From assembly GCA_964544705.1 (NCBI GenBank), contig CAZJDA010000011.1, positions 21,620 to 85,619 on the forward strand: DNA of 64,000 bases, written 5' to 3'. Made by a program: the position numbers and the translations under genes. This DNA is from an uncultured Bacteroidales bacterium (lineage in GTDB: Bacteria > Bacteroidota > Bacteroidia > Bacteroidales > CAZJDA01). The notes beneath the pieces were generated by a model, which did not search any database, had not been told where the DNA came from, and saw only the letters and a program-made list of their open reading frames with translations. This document shows positions 10,375 through 22,350 of the stretch, in pieces. The stretch's first letter is position 1, and every line of letters begins with the position of its first letter.

Positions 10375-10542
10375 GATAACATGCTTGTGTATTGAGCTTA
10401 TGCAATATAATCCGTACTACAGATTCGCCTGCTGCATTTGTGGATAATTGCTGCCTTCACTGCAATTTATTTGCTTACACGTAGCACGAATATTGGATGC
10501 CTTCAACAATAATAACCCGTTATCCTAAGTTATCTCAGTGTC

Positions 10543-10713
10543 TCAATGGGTTTGGCAACCACATTGCACACCCTTGTCTTTCATATTTTGTGAATTGTTG
10601 CAGCATGAACTGGTATAACTGCTGCCTTTTTTGGTCAACAATGCTTTTAACCCCATAGCGAGCATAACAACAGCTATAAGGATAATAGAGATAAGGAACA
10701 ATTTTAGGAACAT
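10543..10713 (-). CDS. small TM + Cys-rich protein (56 aa), absent from the ORF track
   Basis: Manual translation gives MFLKLFLISIILIAVVMLAMGLKALLTKKGSSYTSSCCNNSQNMKDKGVQCGCQTH*. The ATG at 10713 lies 1 nt downstream of the DUF302 stop codon (10715-10717). Confidence 0.55.
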   Translation of the reverse strand: MFLKLFLISIILIAVVMLAMGLKALLTKKGSSYTSSCCNNSQNMKDKGVQCGCQTH

Positions 10714-10714
10714 A

Positions 10715-11113
10715 TCACATCCCTCCTTTTAAATTTTCTAAAGCCCTCATCATCTTGTTACGTACTTCACCGGCCATATCATCAAGTATTGGGTTATCAA
10801 GGCCTTTCATGACTTCTAAAGGGTCCATAGCAGCTACCTCAACATCACCGTCTTTGCATTGCTGGATAATAACATTACATGGTAGCAGAACACCTATCTT
10901 GTCTTCTTCTCGCAAAGCTTTAAGTGCTAAGGCCGGGTTGCAAGCTCCCAAAATTTTATATGCCTGGAAATCCACATCAAGTTTCTCTTTGAATTTATCT
11001 TGTATATTGATCTCTGTTAATACACCAAAGCCTTCTTCCTTTAGGAGGGCTCTTAAAACTTTTTCTGTTTCCTCAAATGATTTTCCTGTTTTTATGCTGA
11101 TATAGTAATTCAT
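10715..11113 (-). CDS. DUF302 domain protein
   Basis: 132 aa. EEGFGVLTEINIQDKFKEKLDVDFQAYKILGACNP matches the DUF302 pattern. Confidence 0.85.
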   Translation of the reverse strand: MNYYISIKTGKSFEETEKVLRALLKEEGFGVLTEINIQDKFKEKLDVDFQAYKILGACNPALALKALREEDKIGVLLPCNVIIQQCKDGDVEVAAMDPLEVMKGLDNPILDDMAGEVRNKMMRALENLKGGM

Positions 11114-11192
11114 AACACTCCTTTTTTATGTTATGTATAACAAAATTAACGATTGATTGTTCACGGTTGATAGCTAAATATTTTTGTACAAG

Positions 11193-12116
11193 TTACAAAA
11201 TTTTTAGCACAGTTGCCTTGTCCTTTTCCAATTGGCTTTTCAAAGCTTCTATATCATCAAATTTCTTTTCATCCCTTATTTTTTTAATAAAATACAAACG
11301 TACTTCTTCCTCGTAGATGGTTTCTTTAAAATCGAGGATATGGGCTTCAATGGTAACATCTTTCATGTTTAGGGTGGGCCTGTATCCAATATTGGTCATG
11401 CTTTTATAGCATTTTCTATTGACCTCTATATATGTTGCGTAAACACCTATTGCCGGGATGAGTTTTCTGCTGTTGTTTGCTTTAATGTTAGCAGTTGGAA
11501 ATCCTATTTCATTCCCGATTTTGTTTCCTTGGATCACATTGCCGGTGAGAGAATAATTGTTTCCAAGATATTCTGCTGCTTCTAATACTTTACCCTCTGA
11601 AATGCAAGACCTTATAAGTTTAGAGCTTATAATTTTGCCATGGTGTTTAAGTGCTTCAAGTTGAATGATGCGGAAATCATATTTTTGAGATAATTTGTGA
11701 AGATTTTCTATATTGCCTTCCCTGTTTTTTCCAAATTTATGATCATACCCAATGATCAAACATTTAACATTCAACGATTTCACCAATATGTTTTCAACAA
11801 ATTCAATAAAACTATGGTTGGCAAAATTTTCGTCAAAAGGAAATATTACTAAGTGGCCGGGATTTTCCTGTTTTATCAACTCGATCTTTTCTTCTTTGGT
11901 ATTCAGCAGCTTAAAATCTTTGGAGGTATTCAAGAAAATTTTAGGATGTGGATGGAAAGTAAAAACTACCGGTGTACCATTCATGTTAGCAGCCTGGGTT
12001 TTGACTTCTTGGATGAGGGATTTATGGCCCAAGTGTACCCCGTCAAAATTTCCAACAGTTATTACGGAATTTTTACAGCAATTTTTTAAACCTTCTATAT
12101 TTTGATGGATTTTCAC
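11193..12116 (-). CDS. ribF: bifunctional riboflavin kinase / FAD synthetase
   Basis: 307 aa with VITVGNFDGVHLGH, GFPTANI and a typical RibF C-terminus. Confidence 0.92.
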   Translation of the reverse strand: MKIHQNIEGLKNCCKNSVITVGNFDGVHLGHKSLIQEVKTQAANMNGTPVVFTFHPHPKIFLNTSKDFKLLNTKEEKIELIKQENPGHLVIFPFDENFANHSFIEFVENILVKSLNVKCLIIGYDHKFGKNREGNIENLHKLSQKYDFRIIQLEALKHHGKIISSKLIRSCISEGKVLEAAEYLGNNYSLTGNVIQGNKIGNEIGFPTANIKANNSRKLIPAIGVYATYIEVNRKCYKSMTNIGYRPTLNMKDVTIEAHILDFKETIYEEEVRLYFIKKIRDEKKFDDIEALKSQLEKDKATVLKIL

Positions 12117-12134
12117 ACGTTATAAATTTGATTG

Positions 12135-12142
12135 CAAATATA
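12135..12142 (-). promoter_or_regulatory. candidate -7 box TATATTTG for ribF
   Basis: The reverse complement of caaatata fits TAnnTTTG. It lies 18 nt upstream of the ribF ATG. Confidence 0.4.
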
Positions 12143-12277
12143 AGGAAAACGGGTAAAAGTTTTAGTGCAGCAAACAAATAAGCTTATAAACATAGCGCTT
12201 GTTACAAATTTCAACATTGAAACGAAATTAATATGCCTTCTTGCTGTAAAAATTTCATAAATATACCATTTTTGTAA

Positions 12278-13831
<1,554 letters not shown>

Positions 13832-13843
13832 TAGGAGGAATTT

Positions 13844-14083
13844 ATGTTTTTAGAAATGATAACCCCAGATAAAAATGTTTATACCGGCGAAGTTACATTA
13901 ATACAACTCCCCGGTGTAGACGGTCTTTTTGAAATTCTCGATAACCACGCACCCATGATCTCCGTGTTAGGATCCGGACGAATTAAACTTAAAGAAAAGG
14001 GGCAATCCGAAGAAAAATTCTTTGAAATAAAAGGGGGTGTGGTTGAAGTTCTTAAAAATAGGGTAATCGTCTTGGCGGAATAA
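13844..14083 (+). CDS. atpC: F1 ATP synthase epsilon subunit (short form)
   Basis: 79 aa immediately downstream of atpD, consisting of the beta-sandwich domain only. Confidence 0.85.
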   Translation: MFLEMITPDKNVYTGEVTLIQLPGVDGLFEILDNHAPMISVLGSGRIKLKEKGQSEEKFFEIKGGVVEVLKNRVIVLAE

Positions 14084-14120
14084 TCACCAAGAATTTACTA
14101 AGTATAACCACTCATTATTC

Positions 14121-14906
14121 CTAAAGTATATTTTTTCTAAATAGAGGTGAGTCATAAAAAGGATCATAGCCTGGGTTTCTCACTATTTCTCTTGTAGTAT
14201 AATTGAAATAACCTTTCATGAATTTTTTATGTAACGTGATAATTTCTTCGCCGTTTTCATTTGCCTCTCTGGGTTTCTCCGTTAAGGCCTCAACAACCTG
14301 CATATCCAGGTGAGGATACTGTTGTATTTCTTTATGATAATGATTGAGGATTTTATGAGCAATACAAATTACAATAACATATTTTCCAAAGGACTTTCTT
14401 ACGTAATGATGAAATTTTAAATAGTCCAAGTCATTTTTCATTTCTGTTGTAGTGTTCTCGAAATTTGAAGCAAATTTAAACCCGTTTTGCATAATCTGTT
14501 CTGCAATCTCTTTAGTAATGGTATAATGCAAGAATATCATGGCATGTTTGTCTTCTTCAAAAATAAAATCTTGGATTTTTTGGTCAATAAAATAATCTTG
14601 CTCAATTTTACTGGAGATTTTTTCACCAATGATCTCACGAAATTTTCCAAGCAGGAAATCAAGTTTACTGAAATCTGCTTTAGCAATGAACTTATTGTTT
14701 TTTATTTCAAAGCTATACCAATTGTATTTTGAGATATACTCGGAGGTATTTTTTATTCTCTGCCTATAATATTTAACATGAGAAAGGTCAATTTCTAAAT
14801 GCCATGAAGAATGGGCTTCTGTATGAATTTTAACATCAAGTTTTTTACTGGGGTTTTCAATTGCTTGTTCGGTAAACCATTTTTGAAACCAGTCAAAATT
14901 ATTCAT
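14121..14906 (-). CDS. hypothetical protein
   Basis: 261-aa ORF starting 11 nt after the stop of the upstream phosphatase gene. No motif recognised. Confidence 0.6.
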   Translation of the reverse strand: MNNFDWFQKWFTEQAIENPSKKLDVKIHTEAHSSWHLEIDLSHVKYYRQRIKNTSEYISKYNWYSFEIKNNKFIAKADFSKLDFLLGKFREIIGEKISSKIEQDYFIDQKIQDFIFEEDKHAMIFLHYTITKEIAEQIMQNGFKFASNFENTTTEMKNDLDYLKFHHYVRKSFGKYVIVICIAHKILNHYHKEIQQYPHLDMQVVEALTEKPREANENGEEIITLHKKFMKGYFNYTTREIVRNPGYDPFYDSPLFRKNIL

Positions 14907-14917
14907 GATTGCGTTTT

Positions 14918-17900
14918 TTAAATTCTAACACCAAATACGAGGATATCATCAATTTGATCGCTATCACCTTCTTTTTTCCATTCTTCAATCGTTATGTCCA
15001 ATATTTCTTTTTGTTCTTGCATGGGCTTCTCTTGCATTTCAAGAAGCATAGTTCTAAAACGCTTTTTCATGAATTTTTTCCGTTTAGGCCCGCCAAATTG
15101 GTCAATATATCCATCTGAGAAAACGTACAATGAGTCGCCAGGTTTTAAATCAAACTCATGGTTGGTATAGCCGTTAAATCTTTCATTAAAAGGAGACCCA
15201 ACAGGAAAAACATCAGCCTTATACTGTATAACATCGCCATCCCTGTATAGGTAGAGTGGGTTATAGGCTCCTGCCCATTGGCCTTTCATTTCTTTGAAAT
15301 TAATGGCTACCATAGAAAGGTCCATTCCATCTTTTACCTTAGAATCATCTTCTTTTTGAAGGGTTTGATATACACCTTTACTCAAATAATTGATGATATC
15401 TGCCGGCCTTGTAAGGTGTTCTTCATTTAGCGCTCTAGTTAGCCAGTTGCTTCCAACGATACTAACAAAAGCCCCCGGTACGCCATGCCCTGTGCAGTCA
15501 ACAGCTGTGAAAACAATGGTATCTCCATGTTTTTCACAAAAATAGAAATCACCACTAACAATATCTTTTGGCTTGAAGAGAACAAAAGAATTGGGCAATA
15601 ATGATTTGATGAATTCATCTGATGGCATAATGGCATTTTGTATTCTTTGAGCATACCTGATGCTTGAAGTAATGTTTTCGTTCTTTTTCTCAATCTCTTC
15701 ATTCAGATCTTTTAAAGTATCTCTTTGCGCTTCAATTTCATCCTTTTTCTCTCTTATTTCTTTTGTTCTTTGTGCAACAATGGCTTCTAACCGTTCTTTC
15801 TCTTTGATGAGCCTCCTTGCGTTGAGCTTAACAATAAAGTAAATAAACAACACGGATAATACTACATAAGAAATATAAGCCCAAATAGTCCTTTGCCATG
15901 GAGGATTGATCTTAAATTCATAAGTTGCTACAACACTTTCTTTCCCATACACATTTTTAGCTTTTACTCTAAAAACATATTCTCCCTCAGCAAGGTTTGT
16001 ATAAACCGTATTGTTTTTTTTATGCCATTTAGACCATCCTGCATCATTCCCTTCTAAATAGTGGCTGTATAGCGTAGCATCTTCTTTTTCAAAGAAAGGG
16101 GCAGCATAATAGAAGGTAATATTGTTGTTAGAATAGCTTAATACAGGGATTAAGGATTCCGGTTGTACTGTCATAACTTTTAATGAGTCAGGGCCGTTGC
16201 CATAATAAGTTCCCTTAAAGATTACATCTTCATTGTTTATAATAACTTTTCTTATTAAGGTATTGAAAGGTAAATCGTAGTTTTTACTGTTATCATTGTT
16301 ATAGCAATATAACCCATCCGAACCACAAATCCAGGTAATATTATCCGAATCTGTGTAAACAGTTTGCAAAGACATGTTAGGCAATCTTTTAAAAGGTATG
16401 GTATCATATTTAAAACCAGGTTCTCCTGTCTTAATAATTTTTTCTAACCGGAAATTATTATTGTCTTTAACCACCAACCAAAAGTTGTTGAATTGGTCTT
16501 TAAATACAGCATCAACACCTTTACTTCCATTGCAGTATTGCTCACCAAAATAATCGTTGGGAACAAATTTTTTAGCTTCATTATCAAATTTATATATACC
16601 CCTGGGCGTTGAGAAGAATAATTCTGAATCAAACTTCTGGATTCTAACGTTACGCGAGGGTAACCCGGATGTAGTGTCAAAATGAACAATTTTATCTTGT
16701 GCTGATATCCTGTAAACTCCACTATTCTGGGTACCCGCCCAAAGGTATTCATCGCCCTCAACAATACTTTCTACATTGAACTTGATTCCATTATAAACTT
16801 TGTTAAGGTTCCAGTTTTTATTTGTCCAAGAAAATGTATAGACATCCTCATTTAATCCCAAGTAGATTTTTTCGGGATGTTTTGTTGATTGGGTTACATA
16901 ATATATAGATTTCCCTTTAAGAGAATCATCTGCAAGAATATGTGCATTGTTATTAATAATCTCGTATGGCCCAAACATAGTTGCGGCAATCAGCTTATCC
17001 TGGTCCTTATATTTGAAATTACATAAAGCACGAACTTGGTCACTAAAACCTGGTACTTTCACAAACTCAGGTTCCTTGTTATCATCAAACCTAAGATAAT
17101 AAAGTCCTGATGTTGTTCCCGCATAAATTGTTCCCTTATGCATGGTAACATCCATAACAATACCCGGAAGCCCGTTTTTTGAATTAAATCTTGTAAAAAC
17201 GGTTTCAATCTTTGAAATACCAAAATTTAAAGCTAACCATATTGGAGCATTCGTTTTGCCACTTTTATCACAAAAGGCGTTGGTAATTGTATTATCTGCT
17301 TCTTTTAGCAACCCATACTTAGATGTGATGATATTGTTTAATTTCCCATTATGATCTACTATTAGGGCACCTCCACCCAAAACGGTTGTTAAAAGATAGT
17401 TGTCTTTATAAGCAATGCCATTATAGGCAAAATGTTCTAAGCAATAATTATTGGTTTGTTTTGTTCCAAAAGGTTGAACCTGGTTATTGCTTGCATGAAA
17501 AATATTAAGTCCTGAATTTCGGTCAAAAGTAATGTATTTATCATCATTGTGAGGCAACATTATAAACACATCCTTTTTTTTATAATAGCTATTTGAATCT
17601 AAAAGAATTGGGGGTTGAGTTTGGTTAATATCGATTTTGAAAATCCCGTATTTAAAATTCGTTGAATAGATAGAATTATCGTAAAAAAAACTAAAAAAAC
17701 TGGCTTTAGGAAGGTTCCAAACATGATGGACTTTTAAATTCTTAATTTTTACAATAACGTCTTGTGTGCAAAAGTATACTTCATCATCACGTGTATATGT
17801 TTTCCAAATCATATCCACAACAATAGAAGTATCTATTTGAGGCATAAACGATTTGTAACAAAGGTTTCCGTTTTTATCAGGAACAAGGTATCCCATTTCT

Positions 17901-18211
17901 CCAACAGCACCAGCGTAAATAATTCCCGAGGTATCCATAGCCAAGGAAAGTACCCTGGAATTATTGGGTATTGGGATGTTTCTCCAGGATTCACCGTCAT
18001 ATTCCAGTATGCCATTATCTTGGTTGCCAAAATACATTACGCCCCGGCCATCCTTAATCGCACACCAATTTTGTTCGGTGGCATTATATTCTCCGGGCAG
18101 ATAGTTCTTCACAAAAAAACTTCCGTATTCATTAATGCGGTTTTGCCCAATTATTGGTAATGTAAATTGAACAAGGAACAAAAAAAATATAGCGGTACGT
18201 AAATTATTCAT
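14918..18211 (-). CDS. periplasmic beta-propeller/Y_Y_Y sensor fused to a cytoplasmic PP2C (SpoIIE-type) phosphatase
   Basis: 1097 aa with a signal peptide, a long propeller-like region and a Y_Y_Y segment (LAEGEYVFRVKAKNVYGKES). A TM helix and a coiled coil follow. PP2C motifs are present (SGDFYF, AVDCTGHGVPGA, DGMDLS, FSDGYIDQFG). Confidence 0.85.
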   Translation of the reverse strand: MNNLRTAIFFLFLVQFTLPIIGQNRINEYGSFFVKNYLPGEYNATEQNWCAIKDGRGVMYFGNQDNGILEYDGESWRNIPIPNNSRVLSLAMDTSGIIYAGAVGEMGYLVPDKNGNLCYKSFMPQIDTSIVVDMIWKTYTRDDEVYFCTQDVIVKIKNLKVHHVWNLPKASFFSFFYDNSIYSTNFKYGIFKIDINQTQPPILLDSNSYYKKKDVFIMLPHNDDKYITFDRNSGLNIFHASNNQVQPFGTKQTNNYCLEHFAYNGIAYKDNYLLTTVLGGGALIVDHNGKLNNIITSKYGLLKEADNTITNAFCDKSGKTNAPIWLALNFGISKIETVFTRFNSKNGLPGIVMDVTMHKGTIYAGTTSGLYYLRFDDNKEPEFVKVPGFSDQVRALCNFKYKDQDKLIAATMFGPYEIINNNAHILADDSLKGKSIYYVTQSTKHPEKIYLGLNEDVYTFSWTNKNWNLNKVYNGIKFNVESIVEGDEYLWAGTQNSGVYRISAQDKIVHFDTTSGLPSRNVRIQKFDSELFFSTPRGIYKFDNEAKKFVPNDYFGEQYCNGSKGVDAVFKDQFNNFWLVVKDNNNFRLEKIIKTGEPGFKYDTIPFKRLPNMSLQTVYTDSDNITWICGSDGLYCYNNDNSKNYDLPFNTLIRKVIINNEDVIFKGTYYGNGPDSLKVMTVQPESLIPVLSYSNNNITFYYAAPFFEKEDATLYSHYLEGNDAGWSKWHKKNNTVYTNLAEGEYVFRVKAKNVYGKESVVATYEFKINPPWQRTIWAYISYVVLSVLFIYFIVKLNARRLIKEKERLEAIVAQRTKEIREKKDEIEAQRDTLKDLNEEIEKKNENITSSIRYAQRIQNAIMPSDEFIKSLLPNSFVLFKPKDIVSGDFYFCEKHGDTIVFTAVDCTGHGVPGAFVSIVGSNWLTRALNEEHLTRPADIINYLSKGVYQTLQKEDDSKVKDGMDLSMVAINFKEMKGQWAGAYNPLYLYRDGDVIQYKADVFPVGSPFNERFNGYTNHEFDLKPGDSLYVFSDGYIDQFGGPKRKKFMKKRFRTMLLEMQEKPMQEQKEILDITIEEWKKEGDSDQIDDILVFGVRI

Positions 18212-18234
18212 TTATGATGGATTTTTAATATTTA

Positions 18235-18242
18235 CAAATTTA
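18235..18242 (-). promoter_or_regulatory. candidate -7 box TAAATTTG for the phosphatase-sensor gene
   Basis: Lies 24 nt upstream of the ATG at 18211. Confidence 0.4.
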
Positions 18243-18405
18243 ATGGTTTTTTTAAAACATAAAAAGATTTCAAAAAAGTTACGCTCACATTTTTTTAAAG
18301 TATAAACTTGCTCATTATTCTTAACCCATAATTGTTTTAGTTTTATTACATTTTTTTTGGCTACTTTAGGTAAAAAGACCTATTGATTCAAACATAAAAT
18401 ACATA

Positions 18406-18413
18406 TACCTTTG
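18406..18413 (+). promoter_or_regulatory. candidate -7 box TACCTTTG for the REC-PAS kinase gene
   Basis: Lies 20 nt upstream of the ATG at 18433. Confidence 0.4.
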
Positions 18414-18432
18414 TAAATATTTTTTAAGATCA

Positions 18433-21400
18433 ATGATTCTTGACATGACAAGTATTTTATTAATAGATGATAATAAAACCAATATTGTTTTGCTCGAAAA
18501 GATCCTAACAGTGAATTTTCCAGGGATAGAATTTCTCGCAGAAACAACTTCTACAGAGGGAATCAAAACAGCTAAAATAAAGAAGCCCGATACCATATTA
18601 TTGGACATCCAAATTCCTGACATGAATGGTTTTGAAGCTTGCAAAATCCTTAAAGCTACAAAAGAAACAAAGCATATCCCGGTTTTATTTATCACAGCAG
18701 TTCACGACAACTCTGAAAGTAAAATTCGCGGCCTGGAAATGGGTGCAGATGGATTTATCTCCAAACCATTTATCATTGGAGAATTGGTTGCACAGGTTAA
18801 AGTGATGTTGCGCATCAAGAAGGCTGAAGACGAACTAAGGGAAAAAAACATACATTTGGAAGAAATTGTTGAAAAACGCACCAAGGAGCTGGAAGAAAGC
18901 GAAAAAAGGTATAAAAGCATTTTCCAAAACAATAACTCGGTGATGCTCCTTATCAACCCTGAAAATGGAGTTTTGATTGATGCCAACCCAGCAACGTGTA
19001 ATTTCTATGGATATTCTTATGAAGAATTATTAAAAAAAAACCTATTAGACATTGTATATTCGGCCAAAAGAACCTTGGTAGATGAAAGGGATATTCTTTT
19101 ATCATTTAGACAAAACCATTATTTTAGCATGCATCAATTGGCCAATGGATTGGTAAGAGAAGTGGAAATTTATAGTGGTGAAGTGCCTGTTACTGGAGAA
19201 ACCAAGCGGCTTTGCATTGTGCATGATATTACCCAAAGAAGAGAAGTAGAAAAAAAGATCAAAGAAAGTGAAGAACTTTATAGGTTGCTTTTTACCCATA
19301 TTAATAATGGTTTTGCCATACAAGAGATTATTTTTGATGAGAATAATGAACCCGTTAATTATACCATCGCTCAAACCAACAGAACTTATGAAAGCATTAC
19401 CGGGCTTATAGATGCTAAAGGGCAAACCATTACTAAAGCGATGAAAACAAAAAAACCGCTTTGGTTAGAGCATTACAAAAAAGTGGTTAAAACGGGTAAG
19501 TCTGTTTCTTTTAGCGAATATTGCGGGTACTTTGAAAAGTATCTACAAGTTTCTATTTATAAACCACAGAAAGGAAAAACTGCCACCTTGATCTCAGATA
19601 TCACTAACAAGATCAAGGCAGAAAAGGGTTTATTGCAAGAAAAAGCTTATTTTGAACAATTGTTTAATAATGCTCCTGAGGCTATTGTGGTGACAGATAA
19701 TTCCCACACTATACAAAGAATTAACAATGCTTTTAAAGATATTTTCGGTTACAACGAGGATGTACTGGGCAAAAACATCAATACACTCCTTGCCTCGCAT
19801 GATTTGCTCGCAGAGGCCAACAATATATCGGCAAAAGTGGAAGTTGGGCATACCATCCTGCGAGAAACAAAAAGAAAAACAAGTGATGGTAATTGGCTGG
19901 ATGTTTCTATCCTTGGCGCCCCCATCATTGTGCAAGGAGAACAAGTAGGAATTTTTGGTATATACCGCGATATTACTGATAGGAAAAAAGCCGAAAAGAA
20001 ACTTTTTGAGCAGTATCAATTTACCAAAACCCTTATTAATGCCATACCTCATCCTATCTTTTACAAGGATACAAAGGGGAAATACTTGGGTTGTAACAAA
20101 GCTTTTCAGTATTTTATCGGCTTAAAAGAGCATGATATTATTGGGAAAACCATTCACGAAATCACCCCTAGCGCGTATGCCGATGTTTACCAAGTAAAAG
20201 ACAGGGAGCTTCTGGAAAATCCTTACGAGAACCAAACGTATGAATACAAAGTTCAACATGCTGATGGCACACCCCATGATATTATTTTTAGCAAAGCAGC
20301 TTTTAGAAAGATCAACGGGGATATTGGCGGCTTGGTTGGTGTTATGATCGATATCACTGAAAAAATACAAATAGAAAAGGATTTGCGCCATGCATTGAAT
20401 TTTGTTAATATTCTTATAGAAAAATCGCCCGTTGGTATCATGGTATTTGAAATTGACGGGCAATGTATTATGGCCAATAATTCTGCATCAGGAATACTTG
20501 GTGCACCCAGTAAAGAAGAACTTTTAAATGAAAATTTCAGGAGATCAGAAATATGGAAAAAATCTGATATCCTCAGCCTTGCTATAGAAAGTATTGACAC
20601 ATGGAACCCTGGCAGGAAAATCTTTAACAGCGTTACCGTATATGGCAAAAAAGTATGGTTAGATGCTTATTTTGTGCCGGTTACTATGCAACAGAAAAAG
20701 CAATTGATGGTCATGTTTAGGGATATTACGGAAATGAAAGAGAACGAGATTAAGATCAAGCAAAACCTGGAAAATCAAAAGTTATTATCTGATATAGCTT
20801 TTGAACTTAATAAGATTGATGATTTTGGCAAAAGCATACGCGAAGTGTTCTCTTATATCGGCAATTTCACAAAAATCAGCCATATCAAACTTTTTGAAAT
20901 TGACCTTTCATACAATACAGCCAAACCTATTGTTAGTTGGTGCAAAAATTCCCCTGGTAAAAGCCATGCTCATAGCAAAATAGAATTTACCAATACCAAC
21001 GCTTTGATAAAATTGTTTAAAGATGAAGGTTCTATTGATGCTGAAAAAGTTAAAGAACTTCCGCAGGTAGTAAAAAATCAACTTGATAAGCACGTAAAAT
21101 CGGTTTTAATGTTTCCACTGAACGTTTTCAACAAGGTTTTCGGGTTTATTGTGTTCGATGAATTTGAATATTACCGTAAATGGGATGATATTTTAAAAGA
21201 AATTCTTAAAACCGTTTCGCATATCATTTCAAACAGTTATGAACGAAAAATTATTGGAGATAATTTACGAAGCAGTGAAGAACGTTTTAGGCAACTATCA
21301 GAAAACATAGACGATGTAGTAATTCTATTGCAACATGCTAATATCATATACATGAACCCGGCTTTTGAAAAGCTTACCGGCATGCAAAGGAAAAATGTAT

Positions 21401-22290
21401 ATAATGACACAAATCTTATAACAACTATTATTCATCCTGATGATAAAACCGTGCTAGACGAGTTTATTGATGACGATAATATTTATCATTTCCCTTTTAA
21501 TAGGGAATTAAGGATCAAGTTGCCATCAGGAGAGAAAAAATACTTATGGCTAAGAGCTTTCCCCATTAGCGACCAGCAAGGAAGCGTGTACAGGTCGGTA
21601 GTTATCGCGTCTGATATTACGGAAAGAAAAGAAATGGAAGTACAAATTATGCAAACCATTATCCAAACAGAAGAAAAAGAAAAAAAACGGTTTTCAGAGG
21701 ACTTGCATGATGGTTTGGGCCCCTTGCTTTCGAGCATTAAACTGTATCTCAATTTGCTTAAGTCAAAAAGTAAATCAGGAAAAAGTAAGGATGAAATCAT
21801 AAAAGTTGTTAAATTTATTGAAGAATTATCGGACGAGGCTATTGCCAATGCAAAAACCATTGCCAATGACTTAACTCCAAACATCCTGAACGATTATGGA
21901 TTGGAACAAGCAGTAAGCAATTTTTGTAATAATTTGGACAATAGCGGGTTAATAAAGATTTATTATTTAATCAATTTAAACGGGAAACGCTTAGATAATA
22001 GCTTGGAAATGAATGTGTATCGCATTATTAAAGAATTGATCAATAATACACTTAAACACGCCGAGGCAAAACAAATTGAACTGAACATAAATTTGAAAGA
22101 AAACAAATTATTGATTCAATTCAAGGATGACGGAAAAGGATGCAAAATGGACGATGTATTAAGCAAAAATCATGCAGGTTTAGGAATAAGAAATATTTAT
22201 AACAGGGTACGCTCTATGAAAGGGCATATTGACCTTAAAACAAAACCGGGAAGAGGAATGGAAGTGAATATCCATTACCCTGTTGAATGA
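18433..22290 (+). CDS. hybrid sensor: N-terminal receiver, multiple PAS, GAF, PAS, HisKA_3 and HATPase
   Basis: 1285 aa. The REC motifs are ILLIDDN and LLDIQIPDMNGFE, and several PAS-like blocks end in (R)DIT(E/D)RK. The HisKA_3 H-box is FSEDLHDGLGPLL, with ATPase boxes at the C-terminus. Confidence 0.88.
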   Translation: MILDMTSILLIDDNKTNIVLLEKILTVNFPGIEFLAETTSTEGIKTAKIKKPDTILLDIQIPDMNGFEACKILKATKETKHIPVLFITAVHDNSESKIRGLEMGADGFISKPFIIGELVAQVKVMLRIKKAEDELREKNIHLEEIVEKRTKELEESEKRYKSIFQNNNSVMLLINPENGVLIDANPATCNFYGYSYEELLKKNLLDIVYSAKRTLVDERDILLSFRQNHYFSMHQLANGLVREVEIYSGEVPVTGETKRLCIVHDITQRREVEKKIKESEELYRLLFTHINNGFAIQEIIFDENNEPVNYTIAQTNRTYESITGLIDAKGQTITKAMKTKKPLWLEHYKKVVKTGKSVSFSEYCGYFEKYLQVSIYKPQKGKTATLISDITNKIKAEKGLLQEKAYFEQLFNNAPEAIVVTDNSHTIQRINNAFKDIFGYNEDVLGKNINTLLASHDLLAEANNISAKVEVGHTILRETKRKTSDGNWLDVSILGAPIIVQGEQVGIFGIYRDITDRKKAEKKLFEQYQFTKTLINAIPHPIFYKDTKGKYLGCNKAFQYFIGLKEHDIIGKTIHEITPSAYADVYQVKDRELLENPYENQTYEYKVQHADGTPHDIIFSKAAFRKINGDIGGLVGVMIDITEKIQIEKDLRHALNFVNILIEKSPVGIMVFEIDGQCIMANNSASGILGAPSKEELLNENFRRSEIWKKSDILSLAIESIDTWNPGRKIFNSVTVYGKKVWLDAYFVPVTMQQKKQLMVMFRDITEMKENEIKIKQNLENQKLLSDIAFELNKIDDFGKSIREVFSYIGNFTKISHIKLFEIDLSYNTAKPIVSWCKNSPGKSHAHSKIEFTNTNALIKLFKDEGSIDAEKVKELPQVVKNQLDKHVKSVLMFPLNVFNKVFGFIVFDEFEYYRKWDDILKEILKTVSHIISNSYERKIIGDNLRSSEERFRQLSENIDDVVILLQHANIIYMNPAFEKLTGMQRKNVYNDTNLITTIIHPDDKTVLDEFIDDDNIYHFPFNRELRIKLPSGEKKYLWLRAFPISDQQGSVYRSVVIASDITERKEMEVQIMQTIIQTEEKEKKRFSEDLHDGLGPLLSSIKLYLNLLKSKSKSGKSKDEIIKVVKFIEELSDEAIANAKTIANDLTPNILNDYGLEQAVSNFCNNLDNSGLIKIYYLINLNGKRLDNSLEMNVYRIIKELINNTLKHAEAKQIELNINLKENKLLIQFKDDGKGCKMDDVLSKNHAGLGIRNIYNRVRSMKGHIDLKTKPGRGMEVNIHYPVE

Positions 22291-22350
22291 CATAATATAG
22301 GATTAACTTAAATTTATTTGTTCTCTATTAAAAGAATAGAAATTATGGTT

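Noticed and set aside
13844-14083. The ATP synthase epsilon subunit is only 79 aa and lacks the C-terminal helical hairpin.
   Set aside because: To my knowledge, short epsilon subunits and a separate atpDC operon are normal in Bacteroidota. This is not a truncation.
22318-22350. The track gives the LuxR regulator a TTG-initiated start.
   Set aside because: The receiver domain begins at MEKINIMVVDD. ATG codons at 22345 and 22351 are more plausible, and the upstream residues add nothing conserved.
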